Virus record (IMG/VR): IMGVR_UViG_3300034101_003424
Coordinates: 28,767-92,766 of that record
Origin: a virus
Length of the DNA stretch: 64,000 bases
Reading direction: 5' to 3' (one strand)
Of this stretch, positions 50,412 to 59,228 are shown piece by piece; the stretch's first letter is position 1, and each line of letters starts with the position of its first letter. The notes beneath the pieces were generated by a model that saw nothing but the letters and a program-made list of their open reading frames with translations, had not been told where the DNA came from and searched no databases. Both the position numbers and the translations under genes were made by a program.

Positions 50412-50568
50412 TTAAAAAGGAAGGTAGGTTAACCGGGGAGGTTAGGGCCCACCTTCTAAAATGCACCACTTAAACTTTGTTCTTTGTTCATAGCTTAATA
50501 AAAAGGAAGAAGGGATAATCGAGGAGACCAGAGCCCATCTTCTATATATACCACTTAAACTTTGCTCT
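50412..50568 (-). ncRNA. Two tandem candidate small RNAs (GTTTAAGTGGT + hairpin + U-run)
   Basis: Two imperfect ~75-bp copies in non-coding DNA; seed is the reverse complement of the early-leader box. Confidence 0.45.
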
Positions 50569-51585
50569 TTACACACCGGTCTGTTCCATTATCTTCCGGT
50601 GCGTTATATTGTCTATAGAATCATACCATTGTAAAAACCGTTTGATCCCTTCTCTATATTTCACTTTAGGTTCGTAGCCTAGACTTTTCAGCGGGGCTAC
50701 ATCAGATGCAGTAAAGTATACATCTCCATCCTGCATCCGTTCTAAATTCCGCAGGGCTCCAATACCAATCTCCTCCTCCAGGACATCAATGAAATCTAAT
50801 ATCTTAATGCTCTCATTGCTACCAACATTATATAACATGTACTTGACATCCGTTTCATTTTTAATCACAATATTAATCCCATCAATAATATCATCAATGT
50901 AAGTAAATTCTCTAAACATCTCTCCATGATTATAAATGTTAATGGGAATGTTATTATGAATGTTATATGTAAATTTATAAACCATCATATCCGGTCTACC
51001 CCATGGACCATACACTGTAAAGAATCTAAGCCCTGTAGTACGCATGTTGAACAAATGACTATATACATGTGCCGTCAATTCATTCATCTTCTTAGTCGCT
51101 GCATAAAAGGATACCGGCCCATCCGTTCTATCATCTGTACTAAATGCCATATCCATGTTATCCCCCATTCCATATACACTTGAACTAGATGCATACACTA
51201 AATGCTTTACATCATATTTCTTACATGCTTCTATAATGTTTAAGAATCCCTGAACGTTTGATCGGGCAAATAGATCCGGATCTTTGACGCTGGCTCTAAC
51301 TCCTGCCTGGCCCGCGAGATTTACAACTAGGTCAAACTTATGCAGAGAGAAAATGATATCTACCTTCTTCTTATCTGCTATGTCTAAGTTGTAGTAGCCA
51401 ATGTCTAAGTTGTAGTAGCCAATGCCTTTAGATATCGGCAGGGTATTAAATCTCATGCTATTTAATAACTGGGTGTCGCTTCCATCAAAGAAGTCCACAC
51501 CTATCACTTTGTGGCATTGGGTTAACATAGAGTGTGCTAGATGACTGCCAATGAATCCTGCGACCCCTGTTATTAGTACTTTCAT
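50569..51585 (-). CDS. NAD-dependent epimerase (UDP-glucuronate 4-epimerase-like)
   Basis: GVAGFIG, LAGQAGVR, ASSSSVYG, YAATKK, RFFTVYGPWGRPDM. Confidence 0.9.
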   Translation of the reverse strand: MKVLITGVAGFIGSHLAHSMLTQCHKVIGVDFFDGSDTQLLNSMRFNTLPISKGIGYYNLDIGYYNLDIADKKKVDIIFSLHKFDLVVNLAGQAGVRASVKDPDLFARSNVQGFLNIIEACKKYDVKHLVYASSSSVYGMGDNMDMAFSTDDRTDGPVSFYAATKKMNELTAHVYSHLFNMRTTGLRFFTVYGPWGRPDMMVYKFTYNIHNNIPINIYNHGEMFREFTYIDDIIDGINIVIKNETDVKYMLYNVGSNESIKILDFIDVLEEEIGIGALRNLERMQDGDVYFTASDVAPLKSLGYEPKVKYREGIKRFLQWYDSIDNITHRKIMEQTGV

Positions 51586-51586
51586 G

Positions 51587-51769
51587 TTAGTTATTATCTT
51601 TAAGAAACTTATACAATTCAAAGAACAGCAGGGAAGCCTCCTCCCGGGTTAGTACCATCTTTCCTTTCTGGTTAATGTAAGAGTGCACTACAAGAACCTT
51701 CTCATCAATGCCGGATCCTTCATGCACAGATACAACGGCCTGTTCGGTAAATTTTGTTTCGTAACTCAT
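51587..51769 (-). CDS. Hypothetical protein
   Basis: 60-aa ORF in operon. Confidence 0.5.
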   Translation of the reverse strand: MSYETKFTEQAVVSVHEGSGIDEKVLVVHSYINQKGKMVLTREEASLLFFELYKFLKDNN

Positions 51770-51784
51770 GTTATTTTTTTGTGG

Positions 51785-52057
51785 TCAGGACAGGAATGGT
51801 TTATACACTATGTCTCCCTTGTCTTCTATAGAGAGCATTACATACACATCATCCTCACACCATGAAGCCCAACCATCGAACCAATCGTCCTTTGTGTAGT
51901 TAGTCCACTTAGCAGATCTATCTCTATTTATTTCATTTAAGACATCTTCTATACCCCATGTCAATTCTTCATTACTGTAACCATCCAAGACAACGAATAC
52001 AAAATCATTGACATTTCTGCCTGGTAAGAAGTCATCTACATACTTGAATATTGCCAT
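51785..52057 (-). CDS. Hypothetical protein
   Basis: EINRDRS..W..Y...DW..GW motif. Confidence 0.6.
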   Translation of the reverse strand: MAIFKYVDDFLPGRNVNDFVFVVLDGYSNEELTWGIEDVLNEINRDRSAKWTNYTKDDWFDGWASWCEDDVYVMLSIEDKGDIVYKPFLS

Positions 52058-52091
52058 TTCTTTTTTAGTTTTTTGCGGTGTTTAACAATTA

Positions 52092-52715
52092 TTATTTTTT
52101 ACAAGAAGTTAGAATTTCATGGCACAACTCTTCTGGAATTCTACTTCTTTCATAAGAACCTTTCCTTCCTTGAGTTCCCGTCTTTGAACCTCTAGGAGCA
52201 GGAGTATGGTGACAGTTCTTATTACCATTTTTACATATTGGTCTAGGAACCCAATCTTCGGAGTTAGTCCATATATCTGTAGGCTTCGCTCTGTCGTCTC
52301 CGTACTGGCAATACCATACTGTATGTCTTTTAAATCCTTGCATCCATGGCATCTTTCTTAACATGCCTCTTGGATTCTCTATGAAGAAAACCATGTTAGG
52401 ATTAATCTCTAACCATTCTTTTATCAATGATATGAAATGTTGGTTAGTGATGTCACACTCACCTGCATACTTACTCTTCGGATCTACGCCATTTCTGTGA
52501 GTAGATATAGCAGCGATAGTATAGGTTGTACAATCCGGGGATGCCCAAATAATATCCGGAACAAACGGAACATCTTCTTTCTTTAGTTTTGAAATGTCTA
52601 TCTGCAAATCAATGCCATCAAAGTTTTCCCAATCAACAGAGAATACGTTCATGTCTAACTGAGCAGCAGCTTTGCCAATAGACTTACTGCCTGCGAATAA
52701 TTCTAATACGTTCAT
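52092..52715 (-). CDS. DNA cytosine-C5 methyltransferase-like protein
   Basis: LELFAG, WASPDC, IENP, YCQYG...KPTDIW, R..IP..L. Confidence 0.75.
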   Translation of the reverse strand: MNVLELFAGSKSIGKAAAQLDMNVFSVDWENFDGIDLQIDISKLKKEDVPFVPDIIWASPDCTTYTIAAISTHRNGVDPKSKYAGECDITNQHFISLIKEWLEINPNMVFFIENPRGMLRKMPWMQGFKRHTVWYCQYGDDRAKPTDIWTNSEDWVPRPICKNGNKNCHHTPAPRGSKTGTQGRKGSYERSRIPEELCHEILTSCKK

Positions 52716-52793
52716 TTTTTTTAGTTTAGTGGTAAAGAATATAGTGCAAAGATAAGGGGAATATTTAACATACCCAAACATTCCCCTAATTAT

Positions 52794-53189
52794 TTATTTA
52801 AAAAAATTAACCCATTCAAATATAGCGGTACACATTCCTATTGTATCCTTAGGTCTTGATATATACCACTCAAGTTTGTCATCATGTAACCAAGCATGGT
52901 AATACTCTAGTGATTTATCCGAAGACTTTCTGTGAATCATTTCCAAGTGATGCTCAAATCGGAAAAACTTTTTAGCAATCAATCCTTCTGTTTTGCTAAT
53001 GACTTCTACTAAGTACCCGTTGAAATGGTCTCTTGTTCCTCGGTCTTCCAAAGTTATTCTAACTACCTTATCATAGAAACTATTTTGAGCATAGATATTG
53101 AAGACTCCCTCTATATCGAACCATTCTATTCTACTGAATTCTGAACCCTTGAAAAATTCCTCATTAAATTTTTTGAAATACGTTTTCAT
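52794..53189 (-). CDS. Hypothetical early protein
   Basis: Follows promoter cassette. Confidence 0.65.
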   Translation of the reverse strand: MKTYFKKFNEEFFKGSEFSRIEWFDIEGVFNIYAQNSFYDKVVRITLEDRGTRDHFNGYLVEVISKTEGLIAKKFFRFEHHLEMIHRKSSDKSLEYYHAWLHDDKLEWYISRPKDTIGMCTAIFEWVNFFK

Positions 53190-53274
53190 TTTTTTGTTTT
53201 AAAGTGGTGAATAATATAGTGCAAAGATAGGGGTACCGGATTGAATATGCAATACCCCTATCGTTAATGTTTTG

Positions 53275-53475
53275 TTAATTGTGATAAACGTTCGTTCCCC
53301 TCCTGGCTTCCTTGCTAATACTGTAAGAGCCGAAGTAATGCATCTTAGCCTTAGAGAGCAATCGTATGGCCTCTTTCTTGTTGTAAGCAGTAACACAAGC
53401 GGCACCGCAATAAAAGCCATTAGAATCAATCCTTGTGCCATTTAAGGTAGCTATCCATTCCTTACTATTTCTCAT
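53275..53475 (-). CDS. Hypothetical early protein
   Basis: 66-aa ORF ending at cassette edge. Confidence 0.5.
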   Translation of the reverse strand: MRNSKEWIATLNGTRIDSNGFYCGAACVTAYNKKEAIRLLSKAKMHYFGSYSISKEARRGTNVYHN

Positions 53476-53482
53476 ATTACTT

Positions 53483-53749
53483 TTAGTTGTTTAAATGATT
53501 ATTCCAAATTAGCATGTCCTCTCTCAAGACATTATCTTCACTCGTATCGAACTCCTGGAATCCAAAATCATAATTCAACTTATGATTATCACATATCTCT
53601 AAAGTGGAATTAATTTTATCTAACTCCCACATTTCAAAATACGTATCACATTCGATTTCGTCAGGAGCAGATGTATCGTCACACCTTAAAAAGTATCCTA
53701 ACTTTAAGTTTAACTCGGACTCTTTTTTTATTATGAATTCTTTTAACAT
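53483..53749 (-). CDS. Hypothetical early protein
   Basis: 88-aa ORF. Confidence 0.55.
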   Translation of the reverse strand: MLKEFIIKKESELNLKLGYFLRCDDTSAPDEIECDTYFEMWELDKINSTLEICDNHKLNYDFGFQEFDTSEDNVLREDMLIWNNHLNN

Positions 53750-53750
53750 G

Positions 53751-54044
53751 TTACTTTTTATAGTTGTTTAAAAATTCGGTGTACACATGGTCATACAATA
53801 CTTCATCGCAATCATCTAAAATATCCATGTCAACATTCTCTACAATCTTTAAAGTCAAAGCATCTAAGTCATCTATGATTGACTCAAATGAACCCATCAT
53901 GTGAGTAAATTCTAGTACAGATCTAGCATCACGTGTTCCAAGTTTTTCCGATGTCTCATCATCCTGGTTCATGATTTCATTACAGATGTTTGATACATGA
54001 TAGAAAACAATCTTGAATAAATAAGAACTTCTGTCAATGTTCAT
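53751..54044 (-). CDS. Hypothetical early protein
   Basis: 97-aa ORF with leader box. Confidence 0.6.
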   Translation of the reverse strand: MNIDRSSYLFKIVFYHVSNICNEIMNQDDETSEKLGTRDARSVLEFTHMMGSFESIIDDLDALTLKIVENVDMDILDDCDEVLYDHVYTEFLNNYKK

Positions 54045-54070
54045 TTTTTTTTAGTTTAATGGTGAAGAAT

Positions 54071-54313
54071 TTAAAACAATATTATTCGAGCATCGCGTTC
54101 GGTTACATGGCCTACTTCTATTCCGATTTCAAGACCTCTCTCTAATGCATCTATAAGGTCTTGATAAGATTCACAGACATCGGTCTCGCTATCGTCATCA
54201 TATAGCGCATAGATAGAACCATCGAATAGACCCGACTGGTAAACTTCTTTAGCTTTGTCAGTAATCAATAGCCATACAAAGCCTTCAACAACTTTAATTT
54301 TTTGGTCGTACAT
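54071..54313 (-). CDS. Hypothetical early protein
   Basis: Start moved to MYDQK after cassette. Confidence 0.6.
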   Translation of the reverse strand: MYDQKIKVVEGFVWLLITDKAKEVYQSGLFDGSIYALYDDDSETDVCESYQDLIDALERGLEIGIEVGHVTERDARIILF

Positions 54314-54398
54314 TTTTTTTAAGTTTAGTGGTAAAGAATATAGTGCAAAGATAAGGGGGATATTTGAGAAAACCAAATCCCCCTGTGTTAATGATTCC

Positions 54399-54638
54399 TT
54401 AATTTTCTACTTCATAGAAGATTGTCTCATCTGGAAAGTACCACTCAATTGCATCAGTAATTGCTAACGAGATTTGTTCCATGGTTGCTGCATTGGTAAG
54501 AGCCGTATTTAAAATCTTTTGAGCATCTTCATCGCTAGCCTTCATGTAGTTAGCTTGAACATCCTGGATATGCCATAGGTTGTCAACAAAGTAACCATGG
54601 TCTCTTAATACCTTTTTTGCATTTTCTACTGCGTCCAT
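54399..54638 (-). CDS. Hypothetical early protein
   Basis: GYFVDNLW...DV motif; follows cassette. Confidence 0.65.
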   Translation of the reverse strand: MDAVENAKKVLRDHGYFVDNLWHIQDVQANYMKASDEDAQKILNTALTNAATMEQISLAITDAIEWYFPDETIFYEVEN

Positions 54639-54732
54639 TTTTTTTTTAGTTTAGTGGTAAAGAATATAGTGCAAAGATAAGGGTACCGGATCTAATATGC
54701 AATACCCCTATCGTTAATGTTTTGTTAATTTT

Positions 54733-54921
54733 TTACTCTTCGTGGATTGCCCTATAGATAGCTCTGCCGTCAAGAATTCGAGTCTTTGGTTTGAGGCCAT
54801 CATAGATTTCCCAGGCTTTAGCGAGAGAATTTGCGGTGCCAACTATTTGCTCACCCTTAAAGATGATATACTTCTCATCCTTCATTGGATCAGGTCTTTT
54901 TACTTCAGTTGCTTTGTTCAT
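54733..54921 (-). CDS. Hypothetical early protein
   Basis: Follows cassette. Confidence 0.6.
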   Translation of the reverse strand: MNKATEVKRPDPMKDEKYIIFKGEQIVGTANSLAKAWEIYDGLKPKTRILDGRAIYRAIHEE

Positions 54922-55007
54922 TTTTTAGTTTTAAAGCGGTGATTAATTATAGTGCAAAGATAAGGGTATTGGATATACTATGCAATACCCTTATCGTTAA
55001 TGTTATG

Positions 55008-55496
55008 TTAAAATGGTAAGTTAGTATTTAGAATGTTAAGACCCTCTTCTCTCTTCTGCTTGCATAAGTTTCTTAAGTATTTAGAACCTTGCTCAGTCTT
55101 TAACAAATCTTCTATTTTGGTACGCTTGCCGTTTACAATTACTTCAAACACCTTGTAGAAATTTTCTGTGCCAACACATACTCCTTTACTAAAATCCTTT
55201 TCTATCTTTTTCCAATTTTGTTTTTTTAACCAAGACTCAAATAGTTCGTCCACTACATTTTCTAAACTAGGACTACCTATATAATTTTCATTGTCAGGCA
55301 GAGTTTTACAATAATCCTCCATTTTGTCGTACAACTTTCCATGACCCGAACAATAACAGTCGGTATTTCCTCCATGTCCATCATTCCTACAGTACCCTAC
55401 TTTCTTTCCATCAAAGAAAATATCCGCTTCAAAGCAATTAGTCTCTTGTGAATTCCACTCAGAGAATTTAATACTCTTTAATTGAATCCTATCCAT
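55008..55496 (-). CDS. Hypothetical early protein
   Basis: SQETNCFEA...NDGHGG motif; follows cassette. Confidence 0.7.
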   Translation of the reverse strand: MDRIQLKSIKFSEWNSQETNCFEADIFFDGKKVGYCRNDGHGGNTDCYCSGHGKLYDKMEDYCKTLPDNENYIGSPSLENVVDELFESWLKKQNWKKIEKDFSKGVCVGTENFYKVFEVIVNGKRTKIEDLLKTEQGSKYLRNLCKQKREEGLNILNTNLPF

Positions 55497-55587
55497 TTTT
55501 TTTTAGTTTATTGGTGAATAATATAATGCAAAGATAAGGGTATCGGATATACTATGCAATACCCTTATCGTTAATGTTATGTTAAAA

Positions 55588-56298
55588 TTACAAAGACCAT
55601 TGACTTGCCATAGCTTTAGCCATGCCTATGAATGTCTTACTTCTCATAGTTCTTCTTTCTTCCGATGACTTAGCATTTGAAAGAGCATCAGCATACCACT
55701 TAGGATGACTTTTACCGCTTTTGAAATACACTCTCTCACCCTCGCTTACTATATCTGTAGGCTCTAATTTAGGTAGATTTTTTAGCCACAAACAAGTTGT
55801 CTTTCTTGCCTCGTCGCCAAACATAAACGGTTGCACAATTTGGTCAGGTTTTCTGTAAGCAGATGATATGACACCAACAGGGTTTTCAATTGCAATCTTA
55901 TCAATAGGCGCATTAGCTATCCTTATGAAAAACTCAATAGCCTTTTCTCTATCTGCTGCTCTATCCGGATGTTTAGGATGTGGTCTTCTAGATTCAACCG
56001 GTAAGTCCTTATCTTCCGGATGGTAGTACCATTGCGCACCACTCACGGCCAAATAAGTACAAGGCGGATGTGCAATCATCATATCCCAATCTGCATTTAT
56101 ATTAACCGTTTCTCCATTTTGAAGAACACCGCCTTGATTCTTGATAATCTCAAAAACGTCATTGTTAAAATGCCATTCGGGATGTCCCCCACTACAAGGA
56201 AGAAGGTCGCAGCTAAATGCATTGTGTCCTAATAATCTCAATTCTCTAGTTAAAGCTTGGCTCTCTTCACAAGCTACTAACACATTTAATTTTTTCAT
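55588..56298 (-). CDS. DNA cytosine methyltransferase-like protein
   Basis: VLVACEES, SCDL, AHPPCT, IENP, QPFMFG, RSKTF.G.A.AMA.QW. Confidence 0.75.
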   Translation of the reverse strand: MKKLNVLVACEESQALTRELRLLGHNAFSCDLLPCSGGHPEWHFNNDVFEIIKNQGGVLQNGETVNINADWDMMIAHPPCTYLAVSGAQWYYHPEDKDLPVESRRPHPKHPDRAADREKAIEFFIRIANAPIDKIAIENPVGVISSAYRKPDQIVQPFMFGDEARKTTCLWLKNLPKLEPTDIVSEGERVYFKSGKSHPKWYADALSNAKSSEERRTMRSKTFIGMAKAMASQWSL

Positions 56299-56382
56299 TT
56301 TTTAGTTTATGTGGTAAATAATATAGTGCAAAGATAAGGGGGATATTTGAGAAAGTCAATACCCCCCTATGTTAATGATTCC

Positions 56383-56952
56383 TTAATTTTCCGCGGGGTT
56401 ATTCTCTCTATATATCCTAATCATTTCTTCCATATCTTCCTCAGTAACGTAGGGATAATCCTCCTTAATCTGCTCCTCACTTTCAATAAATCCATCTTCA
56501 ACATTCGTAATAAAATCATAGAAGAAATTCTCAGGGACTTCTTTATACTGGTATTCATTATAAGTCATATCCTCCCTACTTACTTCATCACCATTTACAT
56601 CAATCTCCACAATACCTGCAAAGTCACACCCCCCTTCCGAATATTCAATCCGTCCTTCCACTCCGTACTTCTTACATACTTTCTTAACAAATTCCGTACA
56701 TGGACTCCAAGCCGTTTCACAATTAAGGTAATCACATTCTTTCATGCTATGTCTAATGTCATCGTCCATCAGTACACTCCATTTAGTGCCGAACTCATCA
56801 CACCAATCATTGTAATCATATTCTTCTTTATAATCAGTCAATGCAGTAAATATACAATGACCGTCCTCAATACTGGCAACATCTTTTCTCAATGTTTCCA
56901 TAGCTTTTTCCGTACCTTCAAATGAGATACAATTAGAACACCAATTTGGCAT
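56383..56952 (-). CDS. YubB/DUF1281-like ferredoxin-fold protein
   Basis: MPNWC.N, W....GTKW, TAWSP, Y.E.G.DFAG. Confidence 0.7.
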   Translation of the reverse strand: MPNWCSNCISFEGTEKAMETLRKDVASIEDGHCIFTALTDYKEEYDYNDWCDEFGTKWSVLMDDDIRHSMKECDYLNCETAWSPCTEFVKKVCKKYGVEGRIEYSEGGCDFAGIVEIDVNGDEVSREDMTYNEYQYKEVPENFFYDFITNVEDGFIESEEQIKEDYPYVTEEDMEEMIRIYRENNPAEN

Positions 56953-57237
56953 AGTAGTTAAAATTTAATGTGGTTAATAATATGTCGCAAAGATAATAAC
57001 ATTCCATCTAATATCCTAATCCTAAAATGTTAAAGTCATGTTAAAATGAAATGTAGTAAAATGTAACTCATACCATATCTCATCTATTCCCCATCATCTA
57101 ATTGACATTGCAAAGATACATCCCATTTCTCTATTATCCTAATTTCAAATGTTAAAAAGATCTTAAAGAAATGTTAAAGTCATGTTAACGGATCCCCCTC
57201 ACATTACTGGCCATGCTAGAAAAGGGAAGCGGGAAAA

Positions 57238-57272
57238 TTTACTCAGGCAAGGCTTTGCCTTGCCTGAGTAAA
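57238..57272. repeat. GC-rich palindrome (copies also at 60161-60200, 61961-62000, 63791-63828)
   Basis: tttactcaggcaaggc-ttt-gccttgcctgagtaaa. Confidence 0.85.
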
Positions 57273-57283
57273 ATTCACTAGCA

Positions 57284-57343
57284 ACAAAAAAACTCCCGAC
57301 ATCTACTGCCGGGAGCTAAACCACTTAAACATCTATTAACCTT
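57284..57343 (-). ncRNA. Candidate 3'-trailer small RNA (GTTTAAGTGGT + terminator)
   Basis: Seed at 57320-57330, then CTCCCGGCA/TGTCGGGAG hairpin and T7. Confidence 0.45.
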
Positions 57344-57453
57344 TGGAAGTCAGGGTAGGAATCGAACCTACATGATAAGTAGTATAGTTGATTAAGCGAA
57401 AACGTACTTACTTATCTATTCACTTCTAGCGTCTACCATTTCGCCACCTGACT
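57344..57453 (-). ncRNA. tRNA-like element 6 with encoded CCA
   Basis: AGTCAGG/CCTGACT-T-CCA, TGGCGAAATGGTAGACGC, GTAGGTTCGATTCCTAC; long stem replaces the anticodon arm. Confidence 0.7.
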
Positions 57454-57463
57454 TATCATTTAC

Positions 57464-57679
57464 TTATTGATTATCTCCTTTTTTGTACGAGTGAAATATA
57501 TTACTAGATGGGTCATAATTAGTCTCGTTCTTATAAAAGAAAGCTGAGTTAATTATAGCGCTAATAAGTTCCTCTTCGGTCAAGTACACAAGTTCTGATG
57601 AATCAAACTCGTCTGAAAGTAATTCTTCTAAAGCCATTACTAGATCTTTTCTAGAAAGATTTTTTAGTTCTACTAACAT
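57464..57679 (-). CDS. Hypothetical early protein
   Basis: Follows cassette. Confidence 0.6.
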   Translation of the reverse strand: MLVELKNLSRKDLVMALEELLSDEFDSSELVYLTEEELISAIINSAFFYKNETNYDPSSNIFHSYKKGDNQ

Positions 57680-57757
57680 TTTTTTATTTTAAAGTGGTGA
57701 TTAATTTTTTACAAAGATGAGGGGTATTGGATATACTATGCAATACCCCTATCATTA

Positions 57758-57979
57758 CTATTTACACTTCTTACTTTTAGGTAAACGATTCACAGTTGCT
57801 AATCTCGCGTTAATCTTTTCAATAATTTCCTCATAGCTTTCTTTGACCTCAAATCCTCCGTTGTTATTCCATCCTACAACGTATGCTCCTTTTGCTGTAG
57901 ATACGACTCGTTGCAAAAGACTTACATTACCAATAAATTTATCACCGTTACTTGAACTAGTTAACTCAATAAAAAACAT
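57758..57979 (-). CDS. FlbD-like small protein
   Basis: FIELT...N...EVKESYEEI..KI pattern. Confidence 0.5.
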   Translation of the reverse strand: MFFIELTSSSNGDKFIGNVSLLQRVVSTAKGAYVVGWNNNGGFEVKESYEEIIEKINARLATVNRLPKSKKCK

Positions 57980-58066
57980 AATTTTAAAATTTAAAGTGGT
58001 TATTAATATGATGCAAAGATAAGGGTATCGGATATAATATGCAATACCCTTATCGTTAATGTTTTG

Positions 58067-58627
58067 TTAAGAATAATAGAGTAGTGTTCTCTCTTGACTT
58101 CTTCGTTCTGTGATGTCCTTTATATCCCTTTCTAAAATATGAAGCTTGATTACATCTTGCCCTAATTCAATGACTTGAGAAACAGATTCTAAAGGATATG
58201 TAATAAAAGACCCATGTTCCAACCAACCTTTACCTATCTGAATAGACCCTGTAAAATTGCAAGATAACCTTCTTCCACAACTTTCAAAAGGAGCGGCAAA
58301 AGATATTTTTATATACCCTCTACCATGACCAAATTTTATAAATTCACTAATCCCGTTAGAATATAAAGTGATTTCATAATTTCCTCCACGAGCTAACCAA
58401 GAATACAGATTGTTGTAACCGTTAACTTCAAAATAGGGTAAATCTAATGCATCCAAAACATTGCATAGTTCACCATAATAACTAAGCACAAGTTGTTTGA
58501 ATCTTTTAACAACTTCTTGATTGTGAGAATCTATATCTCTTACATTCTGATTTGACTCTTGAATCAGAGTTGACAAATTAAATCCAGACAAATCAATATT
58601 GCCTTTGGTAGCTTTTAGTTCAAACAT
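58067..58627 (-). CDS. Hypothetical early protein
   Basis: Follows cassette. Confidence 0.65.
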   Translation of the reverse strand: MFELKATKGNIDLSGFNLSTLIQESNQNVRDIDSHNQEVVKRFKQLVLSYYGELCNVLDALDLPYFEVNGYNNLYSWLARGGNYEITLYSNGISEFIKFGHGRGYIKISFAAPFESCGRRLSCNFTGSIQIGKGWLEHGSFITYPLESVSQVIELGQDVIKLHILERDIKDITERRSQERTLLYYS

Positions 58628-58731
58628 GATAAATTAATTTAGTGGTTTAAAATATGTTGCAAAGATAAGGGCATCGGATATAATATGCAACACCCTTATC
58701 GTTAATGTTTTGTTAATTTTCCGCGGGGATC

Positions 58732-59142
58732 TTAAACTTTATATCCTCCCATTCTTGCAGCATCCGGAATCAAATCAATACACAATTTATAATCAACCGA
58801 AACAATGTAAGAAACATCTCTATCATCTATATCTTCTCCCAGGAAAGTCCAATTAGGAGCAACCTTAGGATTATACTTAATTTTAAAATCAGACTCTTTA
58901 ACAAAATCAGAATGTCTAATCTCTAAATCATTACATAAAATCCATGCACATACAACCTTAGTACTTTCTCCATTGAAGATCTTAGTAGCCATTTTCTTAT
59001 TATTCCTTAACGTGCATTCTCTCATGATTAATTGAACATCACATGGATTGTAATATGTGACAACTCCATCACTACCAATGACTCTCCATTTCATATAATT
59101 TTCTCCACGTTGTAAAGAGAATCTAACTTTAATCCTTTTCAT
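58732..59142 (-). CDS. Hypothetical early protein
   Basis: KVRF.L.RGENYMKW...VCAW..C...YNP...P.W. Confidence 0.65.
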   Translation of the reverse strand: MKRIKVRFSLQRGENYMKWRVIGSDGVVTYYNPCDVQLIMRECTLRNNKKMATKIFNGESTKVVCAWILCNDLEIRHSDFVKESDFKIKYNPKVAPNWTFLGEDIDDRDVSYIVSVDYKLCIDLIPDAARMGGYKV

Positions 59143-59228
59143 GTTTTTCAATTTAAGTGGTTATTAATATGATGCAAAGATAGGGGGGATTTTTGAGAAA
59201 GTCAATCCCCCCATGTGTTAATGTTATG

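Noticed and set aside
53199-53441. 80-aa ORF and N-terminal extensions of several early ORFs
   Set aside because: They run through promoter cassettes or tRNA-like elements; downstream ATGs following the leader box are more plausible.
56347-56925. 192-aa + strand ORF
   Set aside because: Antisense to the motif-bearing MPNWC gene, with no recognisable features.
38471-57453. Assigning anticodons (e.g. tRNA-Leu) or calling tmRNA
   Set aside because: No canonical anticodon stem-loop at the expected position; no G3-U70 alanine identity or tag frame.
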